Assembly: GCA_963677955.2 (NCBI GenBank)
Contig: CAXXQR010000001.1
Coordinates: 5,662,429-5,726,428 of the forward strand
DNA length: 64,000 bases
Source: Prolixibacteraceae bacterium
Lineage (GTDB): Bacteria > Bacteroidota > Bacteroidia > Bacteroidales > Prolixibacteraceae
Direction of reading: 5' to 3'
The notes under the pieces are model-generated. The model did not search any database. It had not been told where the DNA came from and saw only the letters and a program-made list of their open reading frames with translations. The position numbers and the translations under genes were made by a program. This document shows positions 28,762 through 38,710 of the stretch, piece after piece (the first letter of the stretch is position 1; each line of letters opens with the position of its first letter).

Positions 28762-30576
28762 CTACCTTTCCGAATAAACAAAATTGAAACGTCCGCCAGG
28801 AGCAGTATCTCCATTGACGTAAAAATCCATGATGTTACCGTTTTCCTGCATGTTATCATTCCATTTGAATTCGAGGTTGATCGACTTTCCAACAAGGTTC
28901 AATATGCTTCTCGGGATTTCAAGTTCCAATTTATTGCTGTCAACTGCAAACTTTGAATCGGAAACCTTTTCCCATTCCCAGCGATTGCCAATGTTCTTTT
29001 CCACGATGGCTTTATTCCCTTTGGGGTTTACACGGTTGACAATAAAATCGTAACCATTCCAGCCGGTCGATTTATCGCGGTCGGCATCAATAAAAAGCAT
29101 CATCCAGTTGCGATCGGTCTGTGCAGTAAGGGCATCAGCGGTTTCCACATAGAAATAAACTTTCTCAGCATCACGGGCTACTTTTGCACCCACAATGTCA
29201 TTTCTACCTGTATTATTCTTGTAATATTGGTCGTAACGACCTTCGTGGTCGCGGTGCATGGTGTTTCCTTTGTAGTGTTTGAAGTATGGAGCAACATCAG
29301 CCCAACCATCTGTTTTACCTATTTTGATTGTTTTAGGTGCCGACACCTTTTCCGGAGCCGACATTCCTTTGAATTTCCGAATCTGGTCGGTTAACTGAAG
29401 ATAGTACACATCGCCTCTGTCGCCCCATCCGTTGTTGGGTTCAATGTCGCGGCTGTGTTCCCAGTCGAACTGATCGACAAACGAGAACGGATCGCCGGTC
29501 CAGCCATCTTTGGGTAACCATTGCCCTGCAATGTATTCGTTCCATCCGGTCACAAAAACCAGTTCCGGATCGAGTTCGAATGCACGATCCCATTGCTCCA
29601 TAAAATTCCATCCGTATAAGTAGCCATCCACACGCGGATCGAACCCATTTCGTTTGGTGAAACTGCGACCATAAGATCCGGGCAAGTTGAATGCGCTGCA
29701 ATGTCCTTTGGTTTCGGGACTGGCATTTTGGGCAATACCCACGGTAACCTGCTCAAATTTGCCATCGGAACCTTTCACATAACCATGCTGCGGATAATCT
29801 TCGAGCCATCCCCATTGGTCGTTACGACTTGGTCCGCTCACGTAATCGGGTTGCCCCGGGCGGAAGGTGAAAAAAGCTGCAATCTCCCGATCTTCTGCAG
29901 AATCAGTTAAATTATCGGGATAACCCATGATGCAAGGTTTTCCTTTCCAATAGAACCATAGATTCTTGTAACGGCCAGGTTTATATACATCGCGGTACAA
30001 CTGGCGAAGCGAAACCAGCGCATGAGGCACCGGGCCAAACGGGAGCATGTAGGCAATTTTAGGTGTATTCACACCATCTTTCTGCGCCTGATCCCAAGTT
30101 TTCAACAATGCTTCGTACGATTCTTTCCAGGTAAGGTCGCCATTGGTACAATCAAAAAATACAGCATCGACTCCGGCATCGGCCAGCATTTCGGCATGTT
30201 TACGCAACACCCAGGGATCGGTTGTTTTATAATAACCAAGTAATGGTTGTTCCCAAAAAAAGAATCCCGGTTGTTTATCGCCCCATGCAGGATGATGATA
30301 ATCTTTCATTGCCTCGGGGTATTTCCTGACAATCTCGGTAATGTTTTTTACCTGATAAGTAGTATCATCATTACCCTGATGCCAGGTCCAGTAAAACATG
30401 GCGATGAACTTGTCTTTCTTTTTTTCTCCGGCGTCACGGTATTCGCGCACTTTTCGTCCAAGTGCGTCGGTTACCGCCCACTGGTCGCTATCAACAGGCT
30501 GTGCCATAGATTGACCGAAGCTGAAACAAGCAATTGCTACTACAACAAATGATTCAAATAGAATTTTCTTTTTCAT
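28762..30576 (-). CDS. Uncharacterised GH99/GH71-like glycosidase (paralog 2, minimal form)
   Basis: Signal peptide; MFYWTWH, FFWEQPLLGYY, RKHAEMLADAGVDAVFFDCTN, VFVTGWNEYIAG, FVDQF...SRDIEP, NTGRNDI, GDTAPGGRFNF. Confidence 0.82.
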   Translation of the reverse strand: MKKKILFESFVVVAIACFSFGQSMAQPVDSDQWAVTDALGRKVREYRDAGEKKKDKFIAMFYWTWHQGNDDTTYQVKNITEIVRKYPEAMKDYHHPAWGDKQPGFFFWEQPLLGYYKTTDPWVLRKHAEMLADAGVDAVFFDCTNGDLTWKESYEALLKTWDQAQKDGVNTPKIAYMLPFGPVPHALVSLRQLYRDVYKPGRYKNLWFYWKGKPCIMGYPDNLTDSAEDREIAAFFTFRPGQPDYVSGPSRNDQWGWLEDYPQHGYVKGSDGKFEQVTVGIAQNASPETKGHCSAFNLPGSYGRSFTKRNGFDPRVDGYLYGWNFMEQWDRAFELDPELVFVTGWNEYIAGQWLPKDGWTGDPFSFVDQFDWEHSRDIEPNNGWGDRGDVYYLQLTDQIRKFKGMSAPEKVSAPKTIKIGKTDGWADVAPYFKHYKGNTMHRDHEGRYDQYYKNNTGRNDIVGAKVARDAEKVYFYVETADALTAQTDRNWMMLFIDADRDKSTGWNGYDFIVNRVNPKGNKAIVEKNIGNRWEWEKVSDSKFAVDSNKLELEIPRSILNLVGKSINLEFKWNDNMQENGNIMDFYVNGDTAPGGRFNFVYSER

Positions 30577-30618
30577 AGTTATTATTTTTAGTTGGGTTAC
30601 TGTTTTTCAATGCTGAAC

Positions 30619-31728
30619 TTATTGAGTTCCTACTTCCCATACTTTCCAACGGCTGTCTTTGCCGCCCGGTCCTTCAACCGTAAGCTTTACAGTCCATTCG
30701 CCTGCCCGTAAATATTGATGTACCGGATAAGCTTCCGTTGATGTTGTTCCATCACCGAATTCCCAAATCCGTTGGTGCACTTCACCAGCAGACTGATCTT
30801 CAAAACGAATCTGACGATTAACCCGGTCGATTTCAGAAAATATCCAACGGGCTTCCAACGCAGGTTTAAATACGGATTCCAGGGGCATTAGCCGAAATGC
30901 ATTCAGGAACGAAGCGTCACGAATCATCCGGAAGTCGTGTGAAAGGCACAGCACCTGAGTAGCTTTTGGCTGATCGAAATCAAAATCGATAATGCACCAG
31001 GAGAGACCGATCAGTTCATTTTCCTTCAACTTGGTTTCAACTGATCGGCTATATCCATCGATATCCGCATGATCGAAAGGGGTAATCCAAAATTCCATCT
31101 TCAATTTGCCCTTTTCGCCTTGGTTGAAATTATAGCTGTATGCATAGTTGGAATATGGAAAGTCTTTTATCCACGGAGTAGAACCCCAAATCATTGCCCA
31201 ATTCTTTCCTTGCTGAACAGGTGTAAAAACGTGATAATTCTGAGCATGAGCACCGTGTCCTTTGAAATGCAATTTTTCTTTGGGAAGCTTATTGAGATTG
31301 CCATTGTCTTCCTTGATGAAAAGTCCGCCAGAAAGATCGCCATCAACCACCAATTCAAAAATATCCTGACGCAGAGTGGCATCTGAAAAATCCCAGCAAT
31401 CATCGTAAGCATCAATGTAAAAATAGAGTCTATTGAGCCCATTCACCCAACCCACTTTCACGTTAATGTCATATTCTTCCGGATCAAGATTGGTTCCTCG
31501 TCCGCCGTGAGTATCTTTCAGTTCCGATAAGCCAACCGAATAGCTCGCCGGAACCATATCCCAGTCGGAAAACTCACCGTCAATCCGAGGCATCTGGTCT
31601 TTGGGGAATTGAAAAATCGGATATTCCTTTTCCGGACGGGCAAATGCAAATACCTCAGCAATGCTAAGAACTAGCAAAGTCGGTAGAAACATCATTTTTA
31701 GCGGCCCCATTGTTGATGTATATTTCAT
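30619..31728 (-). CDS. Secreted DOMON/CBM9-like plus PKD-domain protein
   Basis: PRIDGEFSDW...KVGW...LYFY N-terminal motif; C-terminal WEFGDGTTSTEAYPVHQY...VKLTV PKD repeat. Confidence 0.8.
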   Translation of the reverse strand: MKYTSTMGPLKMMFLPTLLVLSIAEVFAFARPEKEYPIFQFPKDQMPRIDGEFSDWDMVPASYSVGLSELKDTHGGRGTNLDPEEYDINVKVGWVNGLNRLYFYIDAYDDCWDFSDATLRQDIFELVVDGDLSGGLFIKEDNGNLNKLPKEKLHFKGHGAHAQNYHVFTPVQQGKNWAMIWGSTPWIKDFPYSNYAYSYNFNQGEKGKLKMEFWITPFDHADIDGYSRSVETKLKENELIGLSWCIIDFDFDQPKATQVLCLSHDFRMIRDASFLNAFRLMPLESVFKPALEARWIFSEIDRVNRQIRFEDQSAGEVHQRIWEFGDGTTSTEAYPVHQYLRAGEWTVKLTVEGPGGKDSRWKVWEVGTQ

Positions 31729-31752
31729 TTACCAAAGCATTTTAATACCTGA

Positions 31753-33875
31753 CTATTTCTTTGTTTTTATTTCTCTATCCATGATGAAATAGATATTATC
31801 GGCAACAGCAACAGGAGGAATAAACATTCCTCCATAGTTTCCGGTCACGCTGTTGTGCGTATCTGGAAAACAATAGTCGAATGCCCCTTTCGTGTAACTT
31901 TCGTAAGTTTCTGGAATGTTATGCGGACGCCAGTTCTGGTCTGTATGCACGTTCAACCAACGTATAGCCGCATGGGTAATTCCCTTATAATAGCGCATCC
32001 AATCAATTTCAGGATCAATCTCATCCCAGTAAATTCCATTGGCCGACGACTGATTGAAGACCGCCAGTACCTCCCATTGCACATGATCCCTCACCCAGTT
32101 GGCAAAATACCAGTCGCTCGAACTCAAAACTGGCTTAGTATTGTAGAGCATCGGTAGATTGTCAGGTTCCCATAGGTGCGTAAATGTCAATAAAGTACGA
32201 ATCCAATAGACAGCCTTTTCTTTGTATCTCAGGTCTCCAAATTGTTTGTAGGCCAGATAATTCCCAACGGCAGCATGTCCGGCAGCAAACAAATTTGCTG
32301 CATGTAAAGGACATTCCCAGAAATCACCAGCTTCGGGTCGGTGCATTGGCATACAGAAATCGAAGGCTTTCGGGCGGCATCCAGAAAGCGTTGATCACCG
32401 GTTTTCTGGCCGATATTCAGCAAATCGATGGCTGGCAAAATTGTAATGTCCAATGCCGTTTCTCCATCCTGGCCCATAGGCTCAACAAACGAAGTGGCCA
32501 CTTTAAAATCGTCTTTGCGGTAATGTCGCCCTTCCGGATCAAAAGCAAAGGATCCGTCCGGACGTTGCAGCTTCAGCAAATTCTCACCGGCGTTAATCTG
32601 ATTTTGCATATCTTTCTCAGAATCAGATTTCTCTCCTGAGATTTTTGGACGCATCGATTCTACTTTAAAAAGAAGTTCCTTGCCAAGCTGGGTTTTGTGA
32701 TGATCATTAGCATAACGGATCAAGAATGCTGGTGCAGGTCCTATTTGTGGCGATTTCTGAATAATTCCAAATCCTTTGCCTTCGTGCCACATATTAGTGT
32801 TATAGGCGTTGGCAATCCGATCCAATGTTTCCTGATAAGTCCATTTAAGAGCTGAAGGCTCAGGTAGTCCGCGACGTTTTACCCAATCGGCAATCACTGC
32901 CACACTATTTCCTTTGCTCAACCATACCTCTGCCTCAAAATTAATTTTCTGACCTATCTTCAATTCCAAAGGTACGTTTGCATAAATTTCATTTTCGTGA
33001 CCCTCGATGGAGGCATCAGGAATCATTAAACCCATCAGGTTGTTGTTCATCCGATCGACAAAATTGGGCGCTGCAAAAACCGGTTGTGCGTATTGTGCCC
33101 TGTAGTTGAACCACCTCGACACTACCTGATTCGGATTCCAAGCCATTCCGATTCCGTCGCTCTGATAGCTGATAGCCATAACCGGAGCTGTAACTTTATT
33201 CGGATGTGGGACTACGCGCAAAGCCCATGGATCTTTAAAGAAATCGATGCCGCTGGTCCACTCATTTCCAATAACCCAGTCCACTCCGGGAAGTATAGCA
33301 TCATCCTTTTCAGTGCCAAATGACGATTCGCCAACTTTGATCCATGGTCCGCGGATGTAACGGGCATTGTAGTTTCCTGTTGCCGTGAGGTTATAACTCA
33401 GTTTAACTAACGAAGATGTTGGTGAAAGGGTAATAGTCACAGTTCCGGTGATGGCTGGTTCATTTAGCGGGTAGTGCATCCAGTTGTCAAACGACGTATT
33501 GTTCAGCATTTCACGCACAACTACCGACTTCACCTCAAATATCAGTGATTCGCCTTCAGCAGTTTGCTTTTTGGAGTATGTTTCTGCTTCAAGCCGCATC
33601 GGAATATCCTGATCGCGAATCATCAGCTCGCCCAGATGATCCAATACACCCATTAACTTTCCTGAAGGAGTATAGATCTCACCCCATCCCCAACCTTTGA
33701 TCCGTCTAAAGAAGTTCAGGGTGATGTAATCGTTTTTCAGCGCAACAGATTCATTGCTGTAACTAGCTTTGCGAAAACGAGGAGAAGGTTCATCTGTTTC
33801 CTGCGCTGCGCTGTATAATGTTCTACCTGAAAGGAGCAGAAAGGCAATCAAACATATCAATACATTTTTCTTCAT
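31753..33875 (-). pseudogene. Frameshifted secreted protein of unknown function (~707 aa if repaired), helical C-terminal domain
   Basis: Two overlapping ORFs (32229-33875 and 31753-32352). Restoring one A in CGAAAG near 32368-32370 gives ...DAARKAFDFCMPMHRPEAGDFWECPLH... Could be a sequencing error. Confidence 0.75.
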
Positions 33876-33919
33876 TATTCTTCAGGCTTAATTAGTTCCT
33901 AACTATAAACATTCCATTT

Positions 33920-36079
33920 TTACGGAATTACTTCCGTATAGCGAACATCATCCCATGAGTTAGTTCCTATTATCGATTTGTAAGGCTCAAATACAGCATC
34001 TTCTTGATTGGCGTCGGCTGCCTGATAAGCAAACCACACCGGTTTCCGTCCTCCCGGGTCAGCAGAATCGTCCGGAAAACGGCGTAGACCAATCCGCAAA
34101 CCATCTTCAGCCCTGTTGTCAATCCAGTTGTGCCATTGCACCGCATCTATCCCATCGAGTACTTTCAACTTTTTCCAGGTATAAACAAATCCGGCGGCCT
34201 GCTCTTTCAAATCGGTATCGCTATAGGTTCGCGAATTCGTCCCGTTTTCCGACAGCCAAAGTGTTCGTTTAACAGTGCCTTTGTATTTGTTCTCAGGCTT
34301 CTTTATCCAGGAGTCAAGAACTTCCAGATTTTTAAATGTGATTAATGGAGAATTTGAACTGAATTTAGCATTCTCATCGTTCCATGTTTTAGGTTCAAAC
34401 AGATTCTCCGGATAAGGATGATAAGCCAGTCCCCATTGGAAGTCTCCTTCAGCTTCGCAATAATCGTTTAAAACGTTCAGCATTTTTTTTGTTGCATAAC
34501 ATTTTGCCCCCACTGACGCCGACCAGGAGTGAGTAAACGAGCCAAACACTTCGCTGTTTGCATCATATTTCCGGGCAATGTTGTAGCACAACCTCATCGA
34601 TTTAATGTAAGTGTCGGTGTAAACAAGCATAGGCTTTTCACCCATGTTGGTCCACGAAATTCCTGCATCTACCTCGTTGTGCATAATCCAATGGTGGATA
34701 CGCCCGTAACTGTTATCACTTCGACAATAGCGACTTGCCAGAAAATCGAGCGCTGCGGCATAACAATTTACACTTGCCGGAGTGGTCATATTTGGCATGG
34801 TATAAATGCCTTCAGAAGTATAATTCGGATGTTGAAGTAACTTTCCAATCTCAGGATCGGCACATTGCGATGCCTTCTGAACCAGAATAATGGCCGCTAC
34901 CACAATATTTTTCGACAGGGCCATTTTCATTGTACGATCAAGCTCATCAACTCTGGAATTATCGAAATAATATGTTTTATCGCCATAAGTGTGGGCAATT
35001 GCATTGGAACGCGATTCCAAGTACATAAACTCAGTAAAAGCCACATTTACAGTTACGCTTGAAATATTTAGATCATCCAGATCAGAACCAAATCCGCGGT
35101 TAACAGAATACCCGCCCAATCCCTTCCGGCCAGAAGGTCGTTGTGCAGACATGTTTTGAGTAGATGAAATCTCATCAGCATAACGTGCATGTGAAACAAC
35201 TTCATCAGACAGCGTTCCAATTTTAGCAATCACCCATTTCGATAAAAGCCGATCGTATTTCAATCCTTTACGACTTACAAAACGATCTATATTCATTGAA
35301 AAAGCTGGACTGCTTACCGGAAACTGATCGGAGAATTTACTCATCAGTGTTAGGTCATCGAATGGGGAAATTTCACAAAGGCTATAATTTCCGTCTCCTG
35401 AATAATTCACAGTGATTGTGATCGTTGATACACCTACTTTAACTTCAGTAATATGAGAGCTATAGCTGGATGCAAGGTATTTTTTCAGATTCGATTCAAA
35501 CAGAAGATCTTTTGCGATTAAGTCTTCACGCTCCTTTGCCAAAGCTTCTTCAGCAGTAGTTCTGGCTCTCATCTGCATACTTTTGATCTGAATAACTACG
35601 CTCGTTTGATTTCCAAAATCGAGACGAAAAAAATTACCTACGTTTCCCCATACGAAACTTTTAATGTATTCGCCTAAATCGATGGAAAAAGTTTTCCAAG
35701 AACTTGTGGCAGAGATTGTTTCTGTTTTAACTGAACGATCCTCGCTTACTGGTGCAGCAAAGAAAATCTGTAAACTGGCAATATCTTTTGTACTTTGATA
35801 ATCAAATGTAAAAACAACTTTTTCGGAGGGATTTGTAACACTCAGCGGCAAAAGTGAAACATAAGGATCTTCACCAGTGGTCGTCAACTCATACTGATTA
35901 GAACCTTTCGATGTTACCTGAAGTTGATTCGCTGTGGAGGATTGAAAACTCATATAACTATTAACCGTTACCGAAGGTAGCTGATTCGCTGGTTCGTCCT
36001 TGCATGACAAAAAAGAGAATCCAATCGTCAGAAAAAACGATAAAATGGAAACTTTGTATTTGATATATCTATACTTCAT
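33920..36079 (-). CDS. DUF5722-like lipoprotein: N-terminal beta-sandwich module plus clan GH-A-like TIM barrel
   Basis: Lipobox FLSC followed by KDE; HHWIMHNEVD (acid/base NE), LAYHPYP, LWLSENG (nucleophile E), WHNWIDN. Confidence 0.75.
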   Translation of the reverse strand: MKYRYIKYKVSILSFFLTIGFSFLSCKDEPANQLPSVTVNSYMSFQSSTANQLQVTSKGSNQYELTTTGEDPYVSLLPLSVTNPSEKVVFTFDYQSTKDIASLQIFFAAPVSEDRSVKTETISATSSWKTFSIDLGEYIKSFVWGNVGNFFRLDFGNQTSVVIQIKSMQMRARTTAEEALAKEREDLIAKDLLFESNLKKYLASSYSSHITEVKVGVSTITITVNYSGDGNYSLCEISPFDDLTLMSKFSDQFPVSSPAFSMNIDRFVSRKGLKYDRLLSKWVIAKIGTLSDEVVSHARYADEISSTQNMSAQRPSGRKGLGGYSVNRGFGSDLDDLNISSVTVNVAFTEFMYLESRSNAIAHTYGDKTYYFDNSRVDELDRTMKMALSKNIVVAAIILVQKASQCADPEIGKLLQHPNYTSEGIYTMPNMTTPASVNCYAAALDFLASRYCRSDNSYGRIHHWIMHNEVDAGISWTNMGEKPMLVYTDTYIKSMRLCYNIARKYDANSEVFGSFTHSWSASVGAKCYATKKMLNVLNDYCEAEGDFQWGLAYHPYPENLFEPKTWNDENAKFSSNSPLITFKNLEVLDSWIKKPENKYKGTVKRTLWLSENGTNSRTYSDTDLKEQAAGFVYTWKKLKVLDGIDAVQWHNWIDNRAEDGLRIGLRRFPDDSADPGGRKPVWFAYQAADANQEDAVFEPYKSIIGTNSWDDVRYTEVIP

Positions 36080-36119
36080 ATTATTTGGGGGTCTTTGAAT
36101 TTATTTTATCAAAACTTCT

Positions 36120-37808
36120 CTAATTTAATTTGGCTTCTTTTAGTTGAGCACCTTTTCCCATAATACCCAGGTAATAGGTACCATCTTTTTCAACGTTTAT
36201 ACTAATTGATTTATCCATCCATTCGTAGGTCATAATTTTCAACTTCTCAATTACCTTATTCGTGCCGGCATCCTGAATAAATAGTTCGCCACAACCTTTT
36301 GTATTCGCAGAAAAAGTTTGGGTTCCCTTTTTCAACCAGAGACCTTCGAACAGACGACCTCTTTTAACAAAACCATATCCTTTACTGGTCCCTGCATTAC
36401 CTTCGGTTGTCCAGTTAGCGCGTCCATGTTCGAAGTTCCCGTTCTGAAATGTTTCGCTACTACAAATACCACAATCGGTGATAATATTCGTAGGTTGGAT
36501 ACAAAGCAGATTGGATTCGCTCAGATATTTGTTATTGTAAATCCAAACATTCTTTACCGGACAGTAATCATTTGTCTCTGTATTGTCGAACGACTGTTTT
36601 CCTCCATAAGGGTTATCGGGCCAGGTTCCAACCGAATAACCGCCATTGAGTACATTATCGAATACGTCGATATTGTAGATTTCCTGATTTTCCTGATTTG
36701 GGTCGTCAGTTCCCCAGGGAATAAAAGCGATTGCTTTTCCTCCAGTAACAGCTCCTGATGCGATATAACGTTTTCCATAAAAAGAATTGTCTCCGCCTAA
36801 AACCACTTGCCCACCTCCTTTTTCAGAAACATCGTTAATAACAGCCTGAATGACATCGGTATCATCTGTAAAACCATCGCCATTTGCACCATATTCAGAA
36901 ACATTCGCTGTTAATTTAGGCAACTTAAACGCGTAGGGATTGTTTTCAAAATCGCGCCAATTTTCAATATAAAAACGGGACGCAACCTTCAAATAGTTTC
37001 CATTAACATCTTCAACAACAGCAAGAAACTGGCTACTCAAACGACTTACATTTCCTTGGTATAAAGGAATATTGTTGATGACGAACTCCGAAGCTACCGG
37101 AACCTCACGCAATTTAATCATCTTCGAAACATCGTCGATTTTCAGCAACATGGATATTTCGCAAATTGCAATTTTATTGTACTTATTTCGATATTCGGGA
37201 GCAATATTCCCCTTTATTGTAGTGTTTTTTGTTGAAGCCCGACATTCAGCAATCTCACCGGCAAACGGTTCCAGCTTCGTTTCCTGTTCAAAGGTAATGC
37301 GATCGATGATGATCTTTCCGCTTCCGTTCAATGGCTCAATGCGCTGCCCCATTAGGCGGCCTTTTGCTTTTATATTGTCCGAAATATTGAAATAAAAAGC
37401 ACCCATGGGAGCGTTGGGTTGAATGTCAAATACTTTCGATTTCGAGTTGTCGTAAACGCGATCTTCCGAAGTTATAAAACTCAGTTTTAGTTTTGTTGCA
37501 GAACTTCGGTTCTCCATAACAAAGAACATGGTATTACGCATTTCCAGTATTGGATTATAAATCCCGTTGCAACTGTTTTCGAACGATGGTGAAGTAAGAG
37601 AAGAACCTTTCGGAAAAGTATATTCCAGCGATCCGTTGTTTTGAGTAATGCTGCCTGCCGTCGCTGTGAAAAGAGCAGCCGATCCTTTTGTTTCAAAAGT
37701 CAGATCTAATAATGGGGTTACCTGCCCATATAGCAGAATCGCCCTTAACTGAAAAGAGGAAACAATTATTAAAAATGCTGATATAAAAGCAAATGGTCTT
37801 TGTAGCAT
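36120..37808 (-). CDS. Multi-module protein with the start of a GH28/pectin-lyase-like beta-helix; appears internally deleted
   Basis: NVSEYGANGDGFTDDTDVIQAVINDVSEKGGGQVVL is followed almost at once by a C-terminal segment; N- and C-terminal CBM-like domains (FQNGNFEHG..NW). Confidence 0.7.
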   Translation of the reverse strand: MLQRPFAFISAFLIIVSSFQLRAILLYGQVTPLLDLTFETKGSAALFTATAGSITQNNGSLEYTFPKGSSLTSPSFENSCNGIYNPILEMRNTMFFVMENRSSATKLKLSFITSEDRVYDNSKSKVFDIQPNAPMGAFYFNISDNIKAKGRLMGQRIEPLNGSGKIIIDRITFEQETKLEPFAGEIAECRASTKNTTIKGNIAPEYRNKYNKIAICEISMLLKIDDVSKMIKLREVPVASEFVINNIPLYQGNVSRLSSQFLAVVEDVNGNYLKVASRFYIENWRDFENNPYAFKLPKLTANVSEYGANGDGFTDDTDVIQAVINDVSEKGGGQVVLGGDNSFYGKRYIASGAVTGGKAIAFIPWGTDDPNQENQEIYNIDVFDNVLNGGYSVGTWPDNPYGGKQSFDNTETNDYCPVKNVWIYNNKYLSESNLLCIQPTNIITDCGICSSETFQNGNFEHGRANWTTEGNAGTSKGYGFVKRGRLFEGLWLKKGTQTFSANTKGCGELFIQDAGTNKVIEKLKIMTYEWMDKSISINVEKDGTYYLGIMGKGAQLKEAKLN

Positions 37809-37830
37809 TGTTTGGTTCGGTTAGCTTAGA

Positions 37831-38706
37831 TTATTTTATCGTATACAGTCCCTTGCAACTCACGTAGTTCGTTTTTATACCAAGCGAATCTACGAGTTCT
37901 CTAATTTCAATAGTTTTTAAAATGTGCGTGTTAAATCCGTTCCCGATATCATTGTTATACACCCAAGATGGAGAAGGCCATAAACATGCCTTGAATTTTA
38001 TCGTTCGGTAGAAATCTTTACTCGTACCCTGTTGCCCATGATGAGCCATTTGCAGGTAATCGCAATCCAAATCCTTCCTGAAAGTCCCATTCAGCAAACG
38101 GTCGCCTTCCTCACTTCCGCAATCGCCCAGAAAAACCAAAGATTTTGAATTATCCCAAACCCGAATAATCATGCTGGAATTGTTGTACGGATTCACGGTA
38201 ATGTCTTCGTTTTTCACACCCAAAATTTTAAATTTGGTCTGGTCAATTTCGATGATCAATCCGGGTTCAGTAACATTCACGACTGCTGTTCCAGATTTTC
38301 TAAGACTAGAATAGAACTCTTCAGCAGCAGCTTTATAATCGGGTTCGTAACCACAAAAGTCGTACGATAGTTCAGATTGGCAAACTTCTCCGATTTCTAT
38401 CCCGTTTGGCGTGTTTAAAATTTCGGTCAATGCACCAATGTGGTCCGGATGAGGATGACTCACAAACCAAACGTCAACATGATTTCCCAAAGCTGCTAAA
38501 AACCCGCGTAAATAAATCGCTTCCTCTTTAACCCCGCCGTCCATGACGACTACTTTCCCGTCGTTCATCCTGAAAACATACGAGTTTCCAATGGTGTTAA
38601 TCTGGGAGGGAAGCTGCCATACCTCGAAATTGGATTTCTGTCTCTTAAAGCCAGACATGATTGCAAAAAGAAAAACGATCAAAATAATTCCTTGCTTTTT
38701 CATCAT
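37831..38706 (-). CDS. Secreted MBL-fold (ComEC/Rec2-type) metallo-hydrolase
   Basis: VVMDGG, SHPHPDHIG (HxHxDH), NNSSMI, FLGDCG, QMAHHG; N-terminal signal. Confidence 0.88.
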   Translation of the reverse strand: MMKKQGIILIVFLFAIMSGFKRQKSNFEVWQLPSQINTIGNSYVFRMNDGKVVVMDGGVKEEAIYLRGFLAALGNHVDVWFVSHPHPDHIGALTEILNTPNGIEIGEVCQSELSYDFCGYEPDYKAAAEEFYSSLRKSGTAVVNVTEPGLIIEIDQTKFKILGVKNEDITVNPYNNSSMIIRVWDNSKSLVFLGDCGSEEGDRLLNGTFRKDLDCDYLQMAHHGQQGTSKDFYRTIKFKACLWPSPSWVYNNDIGNGFNTHILKTIEIRELVDSLGIKTNYVSCKGLYTIK

Positions 38707-38710
38707 TGAT

